Below are positions 12,226 to 24,212 of a stretch of 64,000 nucleotides of DNA, piece after piece. Source of the DNA: Mustelus asterias (taxonomy: Eukaryota); contig NC_135809.1 in NCBI RefSeq assembly GCF_964213995.1, positions 32,426,001-32,490,000 on the forward strand, read 5' to 3'. Both the position numbers and the translations under genes were made by a program. The notes under the pieces are model-generated. The model worked only from the letters and a program-made list of their open reading frames with translations, searched no databases and was not told the origin of the DNA. The stretch's first letter is position 1, and each line of letters begins with the position of its first letter.

Positions 12226-14283
12226 AGAGGCAATCAGACGGAGGGGTGCCTTATGAACTTTGTGATAGACTTGTATTGTGACACTGCCTTAAGACTACTT
12301 GCAAAAACTTTGCGGGAAGCCTAAGAGGTCCGAAAGGTAAGTAGAAGAACTTTCAAAGGATTCCCAACTGCATCTTTCAGCCTTGGATCAACAATTTTGC
12401 CACACTTCACAGCCCTGCTGCTACACTCCAATTTCACCCCTGGTTTTCTCATCCTAGGCCCTGCCAAGGGTAGTCCTGTTCTGGTGGCACACCCAGACAA
12501 TGCTAATAATCCAGGTGAGGAAATGAAGGCACGGCTGAGTCTGGACAGGCACAGCACAATTTGGTGGCACTGTTCCAGTCCAATGCCAAGGCTGAGGGGA
12601 TGGGGAATATCATTCCCAGTGCTATTTTTCTAATATGCGCACTCATCTCAGCCACTTCCATCCACCTTATGATCTCCAGACTTTCCAATGTTAGTAGTAA
12701 CACCTTTCTAGAGCACTGTGACTTCTTTACCGGCCTTGGCTTTCAAAGAATTGCAATTTACTGAAGAACAGCTTTACGTCCAATATTTTTGGAATAGCTC
12801 CTAGCTGGAGGTTGGAATGCTTACTGTCTCCCTAGCTGCCATGTTGCCTGAGGAGGAACCAGGTTTTTTTCCCACAGTGGTTTTCTGCATTGACACTATC
12901 TCCTCATCCTATAGGTCACTATAGAGCAGCACTTCCCTGACATTCCACACAATCAGAACATCAGCTCCATTTCCTTGTCTGCAGCCAAAAATGATCCAGG
13001 CCTGATAAAGGTAAAATAGGCATCATCCGGGCCAGACTACCCTAAGCTTCTGACTTAACGACTCTTGTGATGCATGATCTTCCATGTTATAATGACAGCT
13101 CTGGCAAGTTGCCATTCAGACAGTTGAATGACAGAAGTGATTGAATTTTAAATGAATCTCCCTAACCATAAATGAAAGCGTGAAGAGATAACAGGTATTC
13201 CAGACTGTAATACCAGCCAACCATAAGTGAAATATATCTAAGTAAGCTGATTAAAGTGCAAATTAAACCTCTGGAAGGAGAGGAATCAGTGAGCCAATGA
13301 AATTGAGATTGGAGAAGAATTGCTTTTGTCCTCCTCGAGTATCAATACCACAGTCGGGTTATCAGAAAAATGAAGATTACACGCCAAGACTTGGCACTGG
13401 TAACCTTTGTTTTAATTACTTCAAGAACGGCAAAAGAGCTGGAAGGGAATGTGAAATATTGTCGATGTTACTTCTGAGGGCAATCAAAGAAAGACTTTAA
13501 TGCATCTTATACCTAACAGAGTGCCTTATTTGTCAGGTTGCCCTGAGCCAAAGACAGTTTTTTTTCTCTCTGAAGGCTAATCTTTTCAGGTGAAATGCTG
13601 AGTGTGTGAGTTGGAAGATTCAAAGTGCTTTTAGGACTATACAACTCATTCATCAAACCATGCCCATGCTGTCTTCCTAAGGGGCAATTTGAAGCTCTTT
13701 TATGTGAAATTTACCATTTAATACACTCTTGAAAACTACTGCTCCAAAGGTTGTTTCTTACTAAGTGTATATGTAATATTTTACTCAGATTTTATTCAAT
13801 GTCTATGTTTTAAATTATCATTTTATGTGGATATAAAGGCAGTTTTGTTGGTAACTGTGCATATTTTATTTTTATATATATTTTGTGGTGGCATGGCCCC
13901 TTTAAGGGGGCGTTCCCTAAGGGCCACTTGATCGGGCCAGACCCTGTAGAGTGTCAAGGTGGGAAGCTGAGTCAATCGAGTGCAAGGGCATGTATCCAGG
14001 GTCAGAGACGATCCTCAGGTGTACAGTCGCATTGTTATTCTGCCTTAACCTTTTATTGTAAATACTTACTTATTCATTGGCAATAAAGTATTTTGTTGCC
14101 TCATCAAGTTGCTCAGGACTTATTACACTGACGATGAGTAAAAACATTCAAAGTCCTTGGGGATTGCAGTGCACAGCTAGAGAGGGAAGAGACTGGAGCA
14201 TCAAAGATACAAAGAAGCAAGGTGTAGGCATATATTAAAACACCATTGATTGGGAAAATAGAACTATTTGATCCTGAAATGGA

Positions 14284-14388
14284 AAAATCCCATCCCGCTA
14301 CAGTGAACAGAGATTTGGCTGAGTGTCAAATTCTCTGTTCTCACTGGTAGCAGTGGCAGGGCGTTAACAGCTGGAGAATTCGGTCCAA
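14284..14388 (-). repeat. MITE-like repeat, partial copy of the family at 23166-23303
   Basis: Reverse-complement similarity to 23166-23303; interrupts the decayed gag. Confidence 0.6.
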
Positions 14389-15037
14389 AACCTTTTGACC
14401 AGATAGTTGAGTTGGTTAAAAATCATTTCAACCCCTGACCCACAGTCATTATGTTGAGGTATAAATTTCATTCAACAGTCCAGGATCCAGGGGAGATGGT
14501 CTCAGGCTTTGTGGCCAGTTGGAGAGGATTAGCGGAGCATTGTGAATTCAGCCCAGCTTAGAAGAAATGTTAAGGGACCGTTTGGCCTGTGGTATAAGCA
14601 GCCTAATCAAACAGAAGAAGTTTCTGGCTGAGAACAAAATCTCTTTTGGTTGTGCTGACGACGCCAGAAATCTGACAGCCGGAGACGTGCGGAGGCCGTG
14701 GCACCCAGTCGGAAGCTCGCTACACGGCCTCCACTAATGTCTCCCGGCTTGCTGCACTGCTCTCAAAGGCCTGCAATCATTGAGATTGAATGAGTAAGGA
14801 ACCATAGTGCCTACATATACAGGAGAAACATGACAGACTTCAAGGGCAGCAACGGTCACCGTATCCTATGAGAATCAGAGGGCACAGTTACAAGTCTGGG
14901 TAATTATGGGTCATCGACCTTGTTTAATGGGGCATGACTGGTTCAAGCAGACTAAATAGAATTTGTTAGAGATATTAAATAACCTAAGATCTTCCAAAAT
15001 GAACTAGGATGTATAAGGAGAGGTAAAGCCAAAATAT

Positions 15038-15280
15038 ATAGAATCATAGAATCCCTAGAGTGGGGAAGGAGGCCATTCGACCCATTGAACCTTCACCAAC
15101 AACAGTCCCACCCAGGCCCTATCCCCGTAACTCCACGTATTTACCCTGCTAGTCCCCCTGACACCAAGGGGCAATTTAGCATCACCAATCCACCTAACCC
15201 ACACATCTTTGGACCGTGGGAGGAAACTGGAGCACCCGGAGGAAGCCCACGCAGACATGGGGAGAATGTCTAAACCGCAT
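15038..15280 (-). mobile_element. HE1-type SINE, 5'-truncated
   Basis: V core and TAGAATCATAGAATCCC tail. Confidence 0.88.
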
Positions 15281-16937
15281 ATCTGAATATCCGAATCCAG
15301 GGGCAACACCTAACTTTTTCACCTCCCTTATAAGGTTGAAGTTGAGCTCCAAAGACTGGAAGATTGAGATATTATAAAGCCTGTTCAATTGTCAGAATGG
15401 GCTGCACCCATAATCTCTATCCTCAAACCGGATCGTACTGTAAGAATTTGAGGGGATTATAAATTAATAGCCAGCAGAGGAGCTCAGATACACAGATACT
15501 TTATGCCAAACTATTTGGAGGTTTAAAATACATTAAGTTAGACCTCAGTCACGCCTATCAGAAGCTGGAATTGGATGAAGAGGTTGAATTCCGTCAACTC
15601 TTAAAGGTTTATACCAATATACATGTTTACCTTTTGGAATCTCATCGGCCTGTGTCATTTTCCAGTGTACGATGGAAAGCTTATTACAAGGCATTCCTAA
15701 TGTAGTGGTTTATCTTGATGACATTCTAATTACCTCATCTGCCTCATCTGAAGAACACCGCTCAAACTTGGAGAAAGTTTTGAATCAATTTAAAGAAGCA
15801 GGTGTTAAGCTGAAATGGGAAAAATGTACTTGCCGGGCATATAAAGTTCCCTATTTAGGATTTAGTGTGGATGCAAAAGATTTACATCCTTTGGAAGACA
15901 AAGTAAAAACCATGCAACTGACATCTAATGAAGCTACAAAATCAAAGCACATTTTTAAACCATCCAAAAATTAACCATATTAAGACATCAAATTATAATA
16001 TAGTATTGGATAAGAAAATTCAAAACGCAAAAAGACCTTTCAGCTCTTCAAGTCTGCTCCAACTAGCTCCCAAGCTGCTAACCTGCACCATGGGGCTGCT
16101 ACTGTTAGTGACAGTGCTAGACAACTGCACATGATGTCCCATGTCTGCCACTTCACACTAATCAGACTTATGCAAATATGATGAGAATCACCCCAATATA
16201 AGTAATAGTTCACTCTGTTTGTATCTGGATAATAAGCCAGGAATTTAACCCATACCATGGCTTTTATAAGGGGATGTTTGGAGTTATCGTCTGGCAGATG
16301 ACAGAGGCAGCGATAATTTGCTCCAAATGAAATGATCGCAGATTTCTTTGGGGTACTTCATAAAGATATGAAAAATCATGTTTTGTGCACTATGTAAAAT
16401 TTATATGCTCATCAAATTGTAGCATTTCGCTCCACTATGGGTTTATGTCGCAATGTAGGCATCTCATCAGGATTACAGTCTGCTCCACTCACCAGCCATG
16501 AAACCCTCTGGAATTACATTAGTCAATGGTGTACAACCAGACATATAAATCTGAAAGATCACATCAGTAATGAAATTGTGATCTTCTGGAAACAGTTGGT
16601 TTTGTAGGTATAACATAATCATCCCAAGCAGCTCAGAAAGATGCGATGGTGCAGAAATTCATTGCTGTTGCAATCTCAGTGCTAGAGACAGTGCAGTGAC
16701 TAACCAGAAGGATAATTTCAGGTCAGCATGGAATTGCTGGTATAGCATTAATTGTCAGTGAACCCAACTGCTAAGGCCTAAACAGTGCTATTCTGTAAAA
16801 GCCAAATACTTGGTACTGCATAATTCCTCAACCATAGAACATAGAACATAGAACATAGAACATTACAGCGCAGAACAGGCCCTTCGGCCCACGATGTTGC
16901 ACCGACCAGTTAAAAAAAAAAACTGTGACCCTCCAAC

Positions 16938-19757
16938 CTAAACCAATTTCTTTTCGTCCATGAACCTATCTACGGATCTCTTAAACGCCCCCAAACAAGG
17001 CGCATTTACTACTGATGCTGGCAGGGCATTCCAATCCCTCACCACCCTCTGGGTAAAGAACCTACCCCTGACATCGGTTCTATAACTACCCCCCCTCAAT
17101 TTAAAGCCATGCCCCCTCGTGCTGGATTTCTCCATCAGAGGAAAAAGGCTATCACTATCCACCCTATCTAAACCTCTAATCATCTTATATGTTTCAATAA
17201 GATCCCCTCTTAGCCGCCGCCTTTCCAGCGAAAACAATCCCAAATCCCTCAGCCTCTCCTCATAGGATCTCCCCTCCATACCAGGCAACATCCTGGTAAA
17301 CCTCCTCTGCACCCTCTCCAAAGCCTCCACATCCTTCCTGTAATGTGGGGACCAGAACTGCACACAGTACTCCAAGTGCGGCCGCACCAGAGTTGTGTAC
17401 AGTTGCAACATAACGCTACGACTCCTAAATTCAATCCCCCTACCAATAAACGCCAAGACACCATATGCCTTCTTAACAACCTTATCTACTTGATTCCCAA
17501 CTTTCAGGGATCTATGCACACATACACCTAGATCCCTCTGCTCCTCCACACTATTCAAAGTCCTCCCGTTAGCCCTATACTCAACACATCTGTTATTCCT
17601 ACCAAAGTGAATTACCTCACACTTCTCCGCATTAAACTCCATCCGCCACCTCTCGGCCCAACTTTGCAACCTGTCTAAGTCTTCCTGCAAACTACGACAC
17701 CCTTCCTCACTGTCTACCACACCACCGACTTTGGTGTCATCAGCAAATTTGCTAATCCACCCAACTATACCCTCATCCAGATCATTAATAAATATTACAA
17801 ACAGCAGTGGCCCCAAAACAGATCCCTGAGGTACACCACTTGTAACCGCACTCCATGATGAATATTTACTATCAACCACCACCCTCTGTTTCCTATCCGC
17901 TAGCCAATTCCTGATCCAATTTCCTAGATCACCCCCAATCCCATACATCTGCATTTTCTGCAGAAGCCTACCATGGTGAACCTTATCAAACGCCTTACTA
18001 AAATCCATATATACCACGTCCACTGCCTTGCCCCCATCCACCTCCTTGGTCACTTTCTCAAAAAACTCAATAAGGTTAGTAAGGCACGACCTACCTGCCA
18101 CAAAACCATGCTGACTATCACCTATCAATTCATTACTCTCCAAATAACTATAAATCCTATCCCTTATAATTTTTTCCAACATCTTGCCGACAACAGAAGT
18201 GAGACTCACCGGTCTATAATTCCCGGGGAAGTCTCTGTTCCCCTTCTTAAACAATGGGACAACATTCGCTAACCTCCAATCTTCTGGTACTATACCAGAG
18301 GCCAACGACGACCTGAAGATCAGAGCCAGAGGCTCTGCAATCACTTCTCTTGCCTCCCAGAGAATCCTTGGATAAATCCCATCCGGACCAGGGGATTTAT
18401 CTATTTTCAGACCCTCCAGAATATCCTGCACATCCTCCTTATCAACTGTAATACTGTCTATTCTACTCCCTTGCAACCCAGTGTCCTCCTCAGCTATATT
18501 CATGTCCCCTTGCGTGAACACCGAAGAGAAATATTGGTTCAATGCTTCACCAATCTCCTCCGGTTCCACACATAACTTCCCTCTGCCATCTATAACTGGC
18601 CCTAAACTTGCCCTAACCAACCTTCTGTTCTTGACATACCTATAGAACGCCTTAGGATTCTCTTTAACCCTATCCGCCAAAGTCTTCTCATGTCCTCTTT
18701 TAGCCCTTCTAAGCTCGCTCTTCAACTCCCTCTTAGCCAATCTAAAGCTTTCTAGTGCACTACCCGAGTGCTCACGTCTCATCCGAACATAAGCCTCCTT
18801 TTTCTTTTTAACCAACAAAGAAACTTTTTTGGTGCACCACGGTTCCCTAGCCCTACCAATTCCTCCTTGCCTGACAGGGACATACCTATCACAGACTCGC
18901 AGTAGCTGCTCCTTGAAAAAACTCCACATGTCGGACGTTCCCAGTCCCTGTAATCTCCTAGTCCAACCTATGTTTCCTAATTCTCTCCTAATAGCCTCAT
19001 AATTACCCTTCCCCCAGCTAAAACCACTGGCCCGAGGTTCATGCCTATCCCTTTCCATCACTAAGGTGAACGTAACCGAATTGTGGTCACTATCACCAAA
19101 ATGCACACCAACTTCCAAGTCTAGCACCTGGTCTGGCTCATTTCCCAGCACCAGATCCAATGTAGCCTCACCTCTAGTTGGCCTGTCTACATACTGAGTC
19201 AAAAAACCTTCCTGCACGCTTTGAACAAAAACTGACCCCTCTAACGAGCTAGAGCTATAACAATTCCAGTCAATATTAGTCAAGTTAAAATCCCCCATAA
19301 CAATTGCCCTATTACTTTCACTCCTAAGCAGGATTGACTCCGCAATCCTTTCCTCAACCTCTCTAGAACTTTTAGGAGGTCTATAAAAGACTCCCAACAG
19401 GGTGACCTCTCCTCTCCTATTTCTAATCTCCGCCCATACTACCTCAACAGATAAGTCCTCATCAAACCTCCTCTCTGACACTGTGATACAATCTCTGACC
19501 AATAATGCTACCCCTCCCCCTCTTCTACCTCCTTCCCTACTTCGACTAAAACATTTGAACCCCGGGACCTGCAGCATCCATTCCTGCCCCTGCTCTATCC
19601 ATGTCTCTGAAATAGCCACAACATCGAAGTCCCAGGTACTGATCCACGCTGCAAGTTCACCCACTTTATTGCGAATACTCCTGGCATTGAAGTATACACA
19701 TTTCAAACCCTGCTCCACCCCACCTCTGCAATGCCGTGCATTGCAGTCCCCATCCAT
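16938..19757 (-). CDS. CR1 ORF2: apurinic-like endonuclease + reverse transcriptase (939 aa, intact)
   Basis: APE motifs YFNARS, ISETW, GDFN, SDHN; RT motifs KSPGPDG, DFSKAFD, GVPQGSVLGP, FADDTK; no internal stops. Confidence 0.97.
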   Translation of the reverse strand: MDGDCNARHCRGGVEQGLKCVYFNARSIRNKVGELAAWISTWDFDVVAISETWIEQGQEWMLQVPGFKCFSRSREGGRRGGGVALLVRDCITVSERRFDEDLSVEVVWAEIRNRRGEVTLLGVFYRPPKSSREVEERIAESILLRSESNRAIVMGDFNLTNIDWNCYSSSSLEGSVFVQSVQEGFLTQYVDRPTRGEATLDLVLGNEPDQVLDLEVGVHFGDSDHNSVTFTLVMERDRHEPRASGFSWGKGNYEAIRRELGNIGWTRRLQGLGTSDMWSFFKEQLLRVCDRYVPVRQGGIGRAREPWCTKKVSLLVKKKKEAYVRMRREHSGSALESFRLAKRELKSELRRAKRGHEKTLADRVKENPKAFYRYVKNRRLVRASLGPVIDGRGKLCVEPEEIGEALNQYFSSVFTQGDMNIAEEDTGLQGSRIDSITVDKEDVQDILEGLKIDKSPGPDGIYPRILWEAREVIAEPLALIFRSSLASGIVPEDWRLANVVPLFKKGNRDFPGNYRPVSLTSVVGKMLEKIIRDRIYSYLESNELIGDSQHGFVAGRSCLTNLIEFFEKVTKEVDGGKAVDVVYMDFSKAFDKVHHGRLLQKMQMYGIGGDLGNWIRNWLADRKQRVVVDSKYSSWSAVTSGVPQGSVLGPLLFVIFINDLDEGIVGWISKFADDTKVGGVVDSEEGCRSLQEDLDRLQSWAERWRMEFNAEKCEVIHFGRNNRCVEYRANGRTLNSVEEQRDLGVCVHRSLKVGNQVDKVVKKAYGVLAFIGRGIEFRSRSVMLQLYTTLVRPHLEYCVQFWSPHYRKDVEALERVQRRFTRMLPGMEGRSYEERLRDLGLFSLERRRLRGDLIETYKMIRGLDRVDSDSLFPLMEKSSTRGHGFKLRGGSYRTDVRGRFFTQRVVRDWNALPASVVNAPCLGAFKRSVDRFMDEKKLV

Positions 19758-19807
19758 GCATCCCTCACTTTCAGCCCCACTACTCAGGATCCCTCCCCCC
19801 CCCCGAA

Positions 19808-20737
19808 TCAGTTTAAACCTCCTTGCATGGCCTTAGCAAATTTACCCCCCAGGATATTGGTCCCCTTCTGATTAAGGTGTAGACCATCCTTCTCATAGAG
19901 GTCACACCTTCCCCAGTACGAGCCCCAATTGCTTAAGTACCTGAACCCCTCCCTCCTGCACCATCCCCTCAGCCATGAATTCAAACCTTCCCTCTCCCTA
20001 TTCCTCTCTAAACTATCCCGTGGTACAGGCAAGAGTCCAGAGATAACCACTCTGTCAGTCTTGGCCTTTAGTTTCCACCCCAACTCCATAAATCCCTGCC
20101 TAATATCCCCTTCCCCTATCCTCCCTATGTCGTGTGTCCCCACATGTACAATAACTTGTGGTTTATCTCCCTCCCCCCTAAGAGTCCTGAATACCCTGTC
20201 AGACACATCCCGGACCCCAGCCCCTGGTAGGCAACACACCAACCCTGAGTCCCTACCTTTAGTTCCGACCCTCCTATCTGTCCCCTTAATTGTGGAGTCC
20301 CCAATCACAAGGCCCAGTCTTTTACAGCCCCTAACCACCTGAGCTTTCTCACTCGGCTCACCCCCAGAGATCTGCTCTCTATGCTCAGTTGATTCCTCCT
20401 CAACTGTAGCCTCCAGCACCGAAAACCTATTATGGAGGGGAACCGCCCCAGGGGATTGTCTTCCCGATTGCTTCTTACCCCTCCTCCTGGCATTGACCCA
20501 AGCCTCATTTCTAGGAGTTACTATTTCTCTATAACTCCTATCAACTTCCACCTCCGCCTCCCGAATTATGCGGAGTTCCTCTACCTCCCCCTCCAGCTCC
20601 TTTACACGCTCCTCCAGAAGCTGCAATCTAATGCACTTCTTACAACTAAAATCTCCTGAAACACTACTGGATTTCCTCACCACATACATCCCACAGGAGA
20701 TGCAGCATACTGCCTGAACTGCCATCCCTGAAGCCAT
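19808..20737 (-). CDS. CR1 ORF1: zinc finger/coiled coil + SGNH esterase (309 aa from ATG at 20737)
   Basis: CISC...CKKC followed by heptad LQLLEERVKELEGEVEEL; SGNH blocks VIGDS, PGAG, HVGTHD, DGLHLN; the upstream part of the called ORF lies in UTR repeats. Confidence 0.93.
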   Translation of the reverse strand: MASGMAVQAVCCISCGMYVVRKSSSVSGDFSCKKCIRLQLLEERVKELEGEVEELRIIREAEVEVDRSYREIVTPRNEAWVNARRRGKKQSGRQSPGAVPLHNRFSVLEATVEEESTEHREQISGGEPSEKAQVVRGCKRLGLVIGDSTIKGTDRRVGTKGRDSGLVCCLPGAGVRDVSDRVFRTLRGEGDKPQVIVHVGTHDIGRIGEGDIRQGFMELGWKLKAKTDRVVISGLLPVPRDSLERNREREGLNSWLRGWCRREGFRYLSNWGSYWGRCDLYEKDGLHLNQKGTNILGGKFAKAMQGGLN

Positions 20738-20801
20738 TACCAGCAAGAAAAAAAGAAAACAAAAAAAAAAAACAAAAAAAAAAAAACTTCCCCACACTTC
20801 C

Positions 20802-21163
20802 CCAACTGTCACTCTCCACTGCAGCCCGAGCAGCACTCCCACACTGAGACACCAACTGTCACTCTCCACTGCAGCCCGAGCAGCACTCCCACACTGAGAC
20901 ACCAACTGTCACTCTCCACTGCAGCCCGAGCAGCACTCCCTCACTGAGACACCAACTGTCACTCTCCACTGCAGCCCGAGCAGCACTCCCACACTGAGAC
21001 ACCAACTGTCACTCTCCACTGCAGCCCGAGCAGCACTCCCTCACTGAGACACCAACTGTCACACTCTACTGCAGCCCGAGCAGCTCTCCCTCACTGAGAC
21101 ACCAACTGTCACTCTCCACTGCAGCCCGAGCAGCACTCCCTCACTGAGACACCAACTGTCACT
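20802..21163 (-). repeat. About 7.3 copies of a 50-bp tandem monomer forming the CR1 5' UTR
   Basis: GCAGCCCGAG recurs at 20821, 20871, 20921, 20971, 21021, 21071 and 21121. Confidence 0.97.
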
Positions 21164-21279
21164 CTCAACCTTCAGGCTTTCTTCCTCCTTTCCTTGTTGT
21201 ATCCCTCAAGTAGCTAAAGCATTAGCAGACAAAGCAAACACTCCATTCACGTGACATCATTCAACTCAATGCTGTAGCT

Positions 21280-21630
21280 GCAACAACAACAGCTTATATT
21301 TACATAGTGCCTTCAATGTAGTAAAGCATCCCAAAATGTTTCACAGGAACATTATCAAACAAACTTTGGCACTGAACAACATAGCTTGATGGTATAGCAT
21401 GACCAAAGAGGTATGTTTTAATTAAGGAGTGGCTTCAAGGAGGAAATCGAGGTAGAGAGGTGGAGGAGAGAATTCCCGAGGTTAGGACCTCAACATCTGA
21501 AGGCCCTAAGGAAAATCAGGAATGCAGAAGTGGCCAGATTTGGAGAAATGCAGGTACGTTGTTGGGCCGGAGGAGGTTAGGGGTGGGAAAGAGGTAGTCC
21601 ATGGAGGACTTTGCAAACAAATTCAAGAAT
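21280..21630 (-). mobile_element. Old L2-type LINE 3' fragment
   Basis: (CAA)n end followed by TATATTTACATAGTGCCTT, the reverse complement of an L2-like tail. Confidence 0.55.
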
Positions 21631-21755
21631 TTGGAGATCTCATCTTGCAGAAATCTTACGATTTATAATAAATGCGAAATGCAAATTAATTTAATGGAAA
21701 AGATAGCGAGTTGGTTTCATTTTAACTTTTGACAGTGGCGTAACATAATGATAAC

Positions 21756-21893
21756 GGCTGGAAATTTCCCATCTTGCCCGCCATGGGAATCGTAGCGAGC
21801 AGGACAAACGATTCAGCGGACCGCATAAAAGTCCATTGAGCTTGGGTGGGAATTTCCGGTCTTGGGATGGGCACGGCTGGAAAATCCTGCCCA
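21756..21893. repeat. MITE-like short repeat with imperfect TIRs; related copy at 36592-36719
   Basis: GGCTGGAAATTTCC...GGAAAATCCTGCCC ends; shared core GCCCGCC..GGGAATCGTAG and CATTGA. Confidence 0.55.
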
Positions 21894-22496
21894 GCATATT
21901 GACCACTCATTTCTAACCTAACCTAAGTCAGTAAACTGGAGGATCTATAATGGATGACCAGCCAATACTCACTGGAGCTTTCAACTCTTGAGTTTATTAT
22001 GCATCCTAATAATACGTGCAATCTTTGTTTTAGGAATAGATTTTCACTTCAAAAATTTGGGAATAATACTAATTTTTCTTTATAGTTGTGGGAATGCAGT
22101 ATTTTGATCATGGAGAGTCTGAAATTGTTAGTGAAGATAGGCAAAAGCACATTATGATGCAGCTGCAATAAAGATAGTTTAATGCTTCACAGGCAGCTAA
22201 TGAGCCATAATGTTAATGTCAAAGAGTTCGTTAATGTGCCTATGGAGCATGCAATTTTTGTGGATAATGGGTAGACAACATTTACACAAAGATTTCATTA
22301 GCAAACATAGCCCACATGTACTGGATACCTCTGAGGGGAGAAAGTGATATTCTGGTCTCATCAGGTGCCTTCTATTTGCAATTCAATGTTCTAATGCTTC
22401 TTTTAGGATCTTGATGCAAATTTGGTTAGCAACAGTATGCTCGTCCCAGGTGTTCAAATTCCCCAGCAGCCTCAAGAGTCCACTCACCTAAATGAT

Positions 22497-22768
22497 CATA
22501 GAATAACAGAATCATAGAATCCCTGCAGTGCAGAAGGAGGCCATTTGGCCCATCGGGTCTGCACCGACCACAATCCCACCCAGGCCCTATCCCCATAACC
22601 ACATACATTTGCCCTAGCTAGTCCCGCTGACACTAAGGGGCAACTTAGGACAGCCAATCCACCTAACCCGCACATCTTTGGACTGTGGGAGGAAACCCAC
22701 GCAGACACGCGAAGAATGTGCAAACTCTACACGGAAAGTGACCCAAACTGTGCCACCATGTCGCCCCT
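22497..22768 (-). mobile_element. HE1-type SINE with internal deletions
   Basis: Tail, core and head remnants present. Confidence 0.88.
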
Positions 22769-23165
22769 GAAATCAGTAAAATATTTTTCACTTTCGTACC
22801 AGCGGAGGATCCAGGAGTAACATGGCCACTTTAATAAAGCATGCCACTGTTGACCTGGCTTTTAGCACTTACGGTTGTGTTCCCCTGCTTTCCCAGAACC
22901 TACCTCCAGGCATTGGAATGAGCCAGTATTCATAAGACCCCCCCACCAGTGAACTGCAGCAAGTTGCTTAGCCTGAACCTGCAGCTCGGTGCTCTCATGT
23001 GGATGACACACAAGGCCTCAGGCTGATATCTGGAGCACACAGTACATTCACAATGTCTATATCCAGCCAGAAACCAAAATGGCTCCAAATCCTGTCTCCT
23101 TACAGAGAAATGAGTTAAGTTTTGGTAGAAGAGAAGAACTCTGAAATATGCAAAAGGACAGTTTA

Positions 23166-23303
23166 CGGCTGGAATTCTCCAGCCGTTCCCACCCCTACCA
23201 CCGCTGCCAGTGAGAACGGAGAATTTAGCACTCAGCCAAATCTCCATTGATTGCAGCGGGATTGGAGAATCCCAGCTGCAGGCGAAGTCAGAGAATTCAG
23301 CCG
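23166..23303. repeat. MITE-like element with TIRs
   Basis: TA|CGGCTGGAATTCTC ... GAGAATTCAGCCG|TA. Confidence 0.65.
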
Positions 23304-24212
23304 TATATCATTGAAAAAGAGTGCGTGATGCCAATTACCCAGAAAATTTGGCTGGAGGGCCAGAAGTTGTTGAATTTAACCAAGAGGCTAAAGATCCAGC
23401 AGAAATGTTGTTATAAAGTAATATGACAAATATATATAAATGAAGGAAATGAGTTGTTAAAGTAAGATATGACAAATTTTAAGCAGAATCCTGCAAATAA
23501 GGTGGTTGAAAGTAGTGGTCTGTTGCAAATTAGGTTATACATAATGTTATCGGAAGTCAAATGTACTATCTAAAGGAATTTCCATGGGCCCAATTCTATT
23601 ATTTTAATCTTTTACAGTTGCAAGACACTGTGTAGAATGGGTGATGGTGTGGCATGAAGCAACACGCACCATCTGTAAATAAAAATGGAATTCGTGTCGG
23701 GATTTACATGATCTCCCATCTGAAATTTGGCAGGACATTAGTGGTAATTTCATAGGGACAGCATGCATGGCCATTTGTACAGTGTTGCTGCAAGGTTGCC
23801 TCCCTCACTGAAGGGAGATGAGGAAGAAGGTCACGAAAATTCTAACCCCGAGCAGTTGGTTGATCTCGAAAGGCGAAGGGTGTGGAGAAATTGCTAGGGG
23901 TTTCAGAATTATTTCAAACTATGCAAGTTGGAGGTCATGGCAGCACAGTCACGACAAACACATGCCAGAGAGGGGTGGGACTCAACTGACATGCTTGGAG
24001 TCAGGCTTGTTAAGCAATTGTGCCCCCTCAAGCAGCACTAATACCTGAGAGTGCCAATGAATGCTCTTTTACTTTTAACCCTTCACACGCAGACTTCAAA
24101 ATCAGATGAGTGCTGTAGTGCTGCAGAACCATTGGCTGACCTTTCAAGTTGTAAATCCTCTTGGAAAGGTGGCCATGGAACACTGATGGGAGGGATGCGC
24201 TCCTAATATCTT

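Larger units (their letters stand above)
13884..15915 (+). mobile_element. Decayed Gypsy (Mag-like) element: 5' LTR about 13884-14127, tRNA-type PBS remnant, gag and RT relics
   Basis: TG..CA LTR with AATAAA followed by CTGACGATGAG (degenerate TGGCGACGAG); gag IGKIELFDP and EEMLRDRLACGI; RT GIPNVVVYLDDILIT; interrupted by a MITE-like repeat and a SINE. Confidence 0.8.
16834..21163 (-). mobile_element. Full-length, potentially active CR1/HER1 LINE
   Basis: 7-bp TSD CTCAACC (16827-16833 / 21164-21170); (CTATGTT)n tail; two uninterrupted ORFs; tandem-repeat 5' UTR. Confidence 0.97.

Noticed and set aside
12300-13000. Possible Harbinger Myb/SANT ORF relic (WMEVAE)
   Set aside because: A single weak motif is not enough support
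20738-20905. N-terminal hydrophobic (poly-Phe) extension of ORF1 in the ORF track
   Set aside because: Translation of UTR monomers and the T-tract from a non-ATG start; the first ATG is at 20737
20802-21163. CRISPR-like regular repeats
   Set aside because: Head-to-tail 50-mers with no unique spacers, inside the TSD-bounded LINE, in eukaryotic DNA
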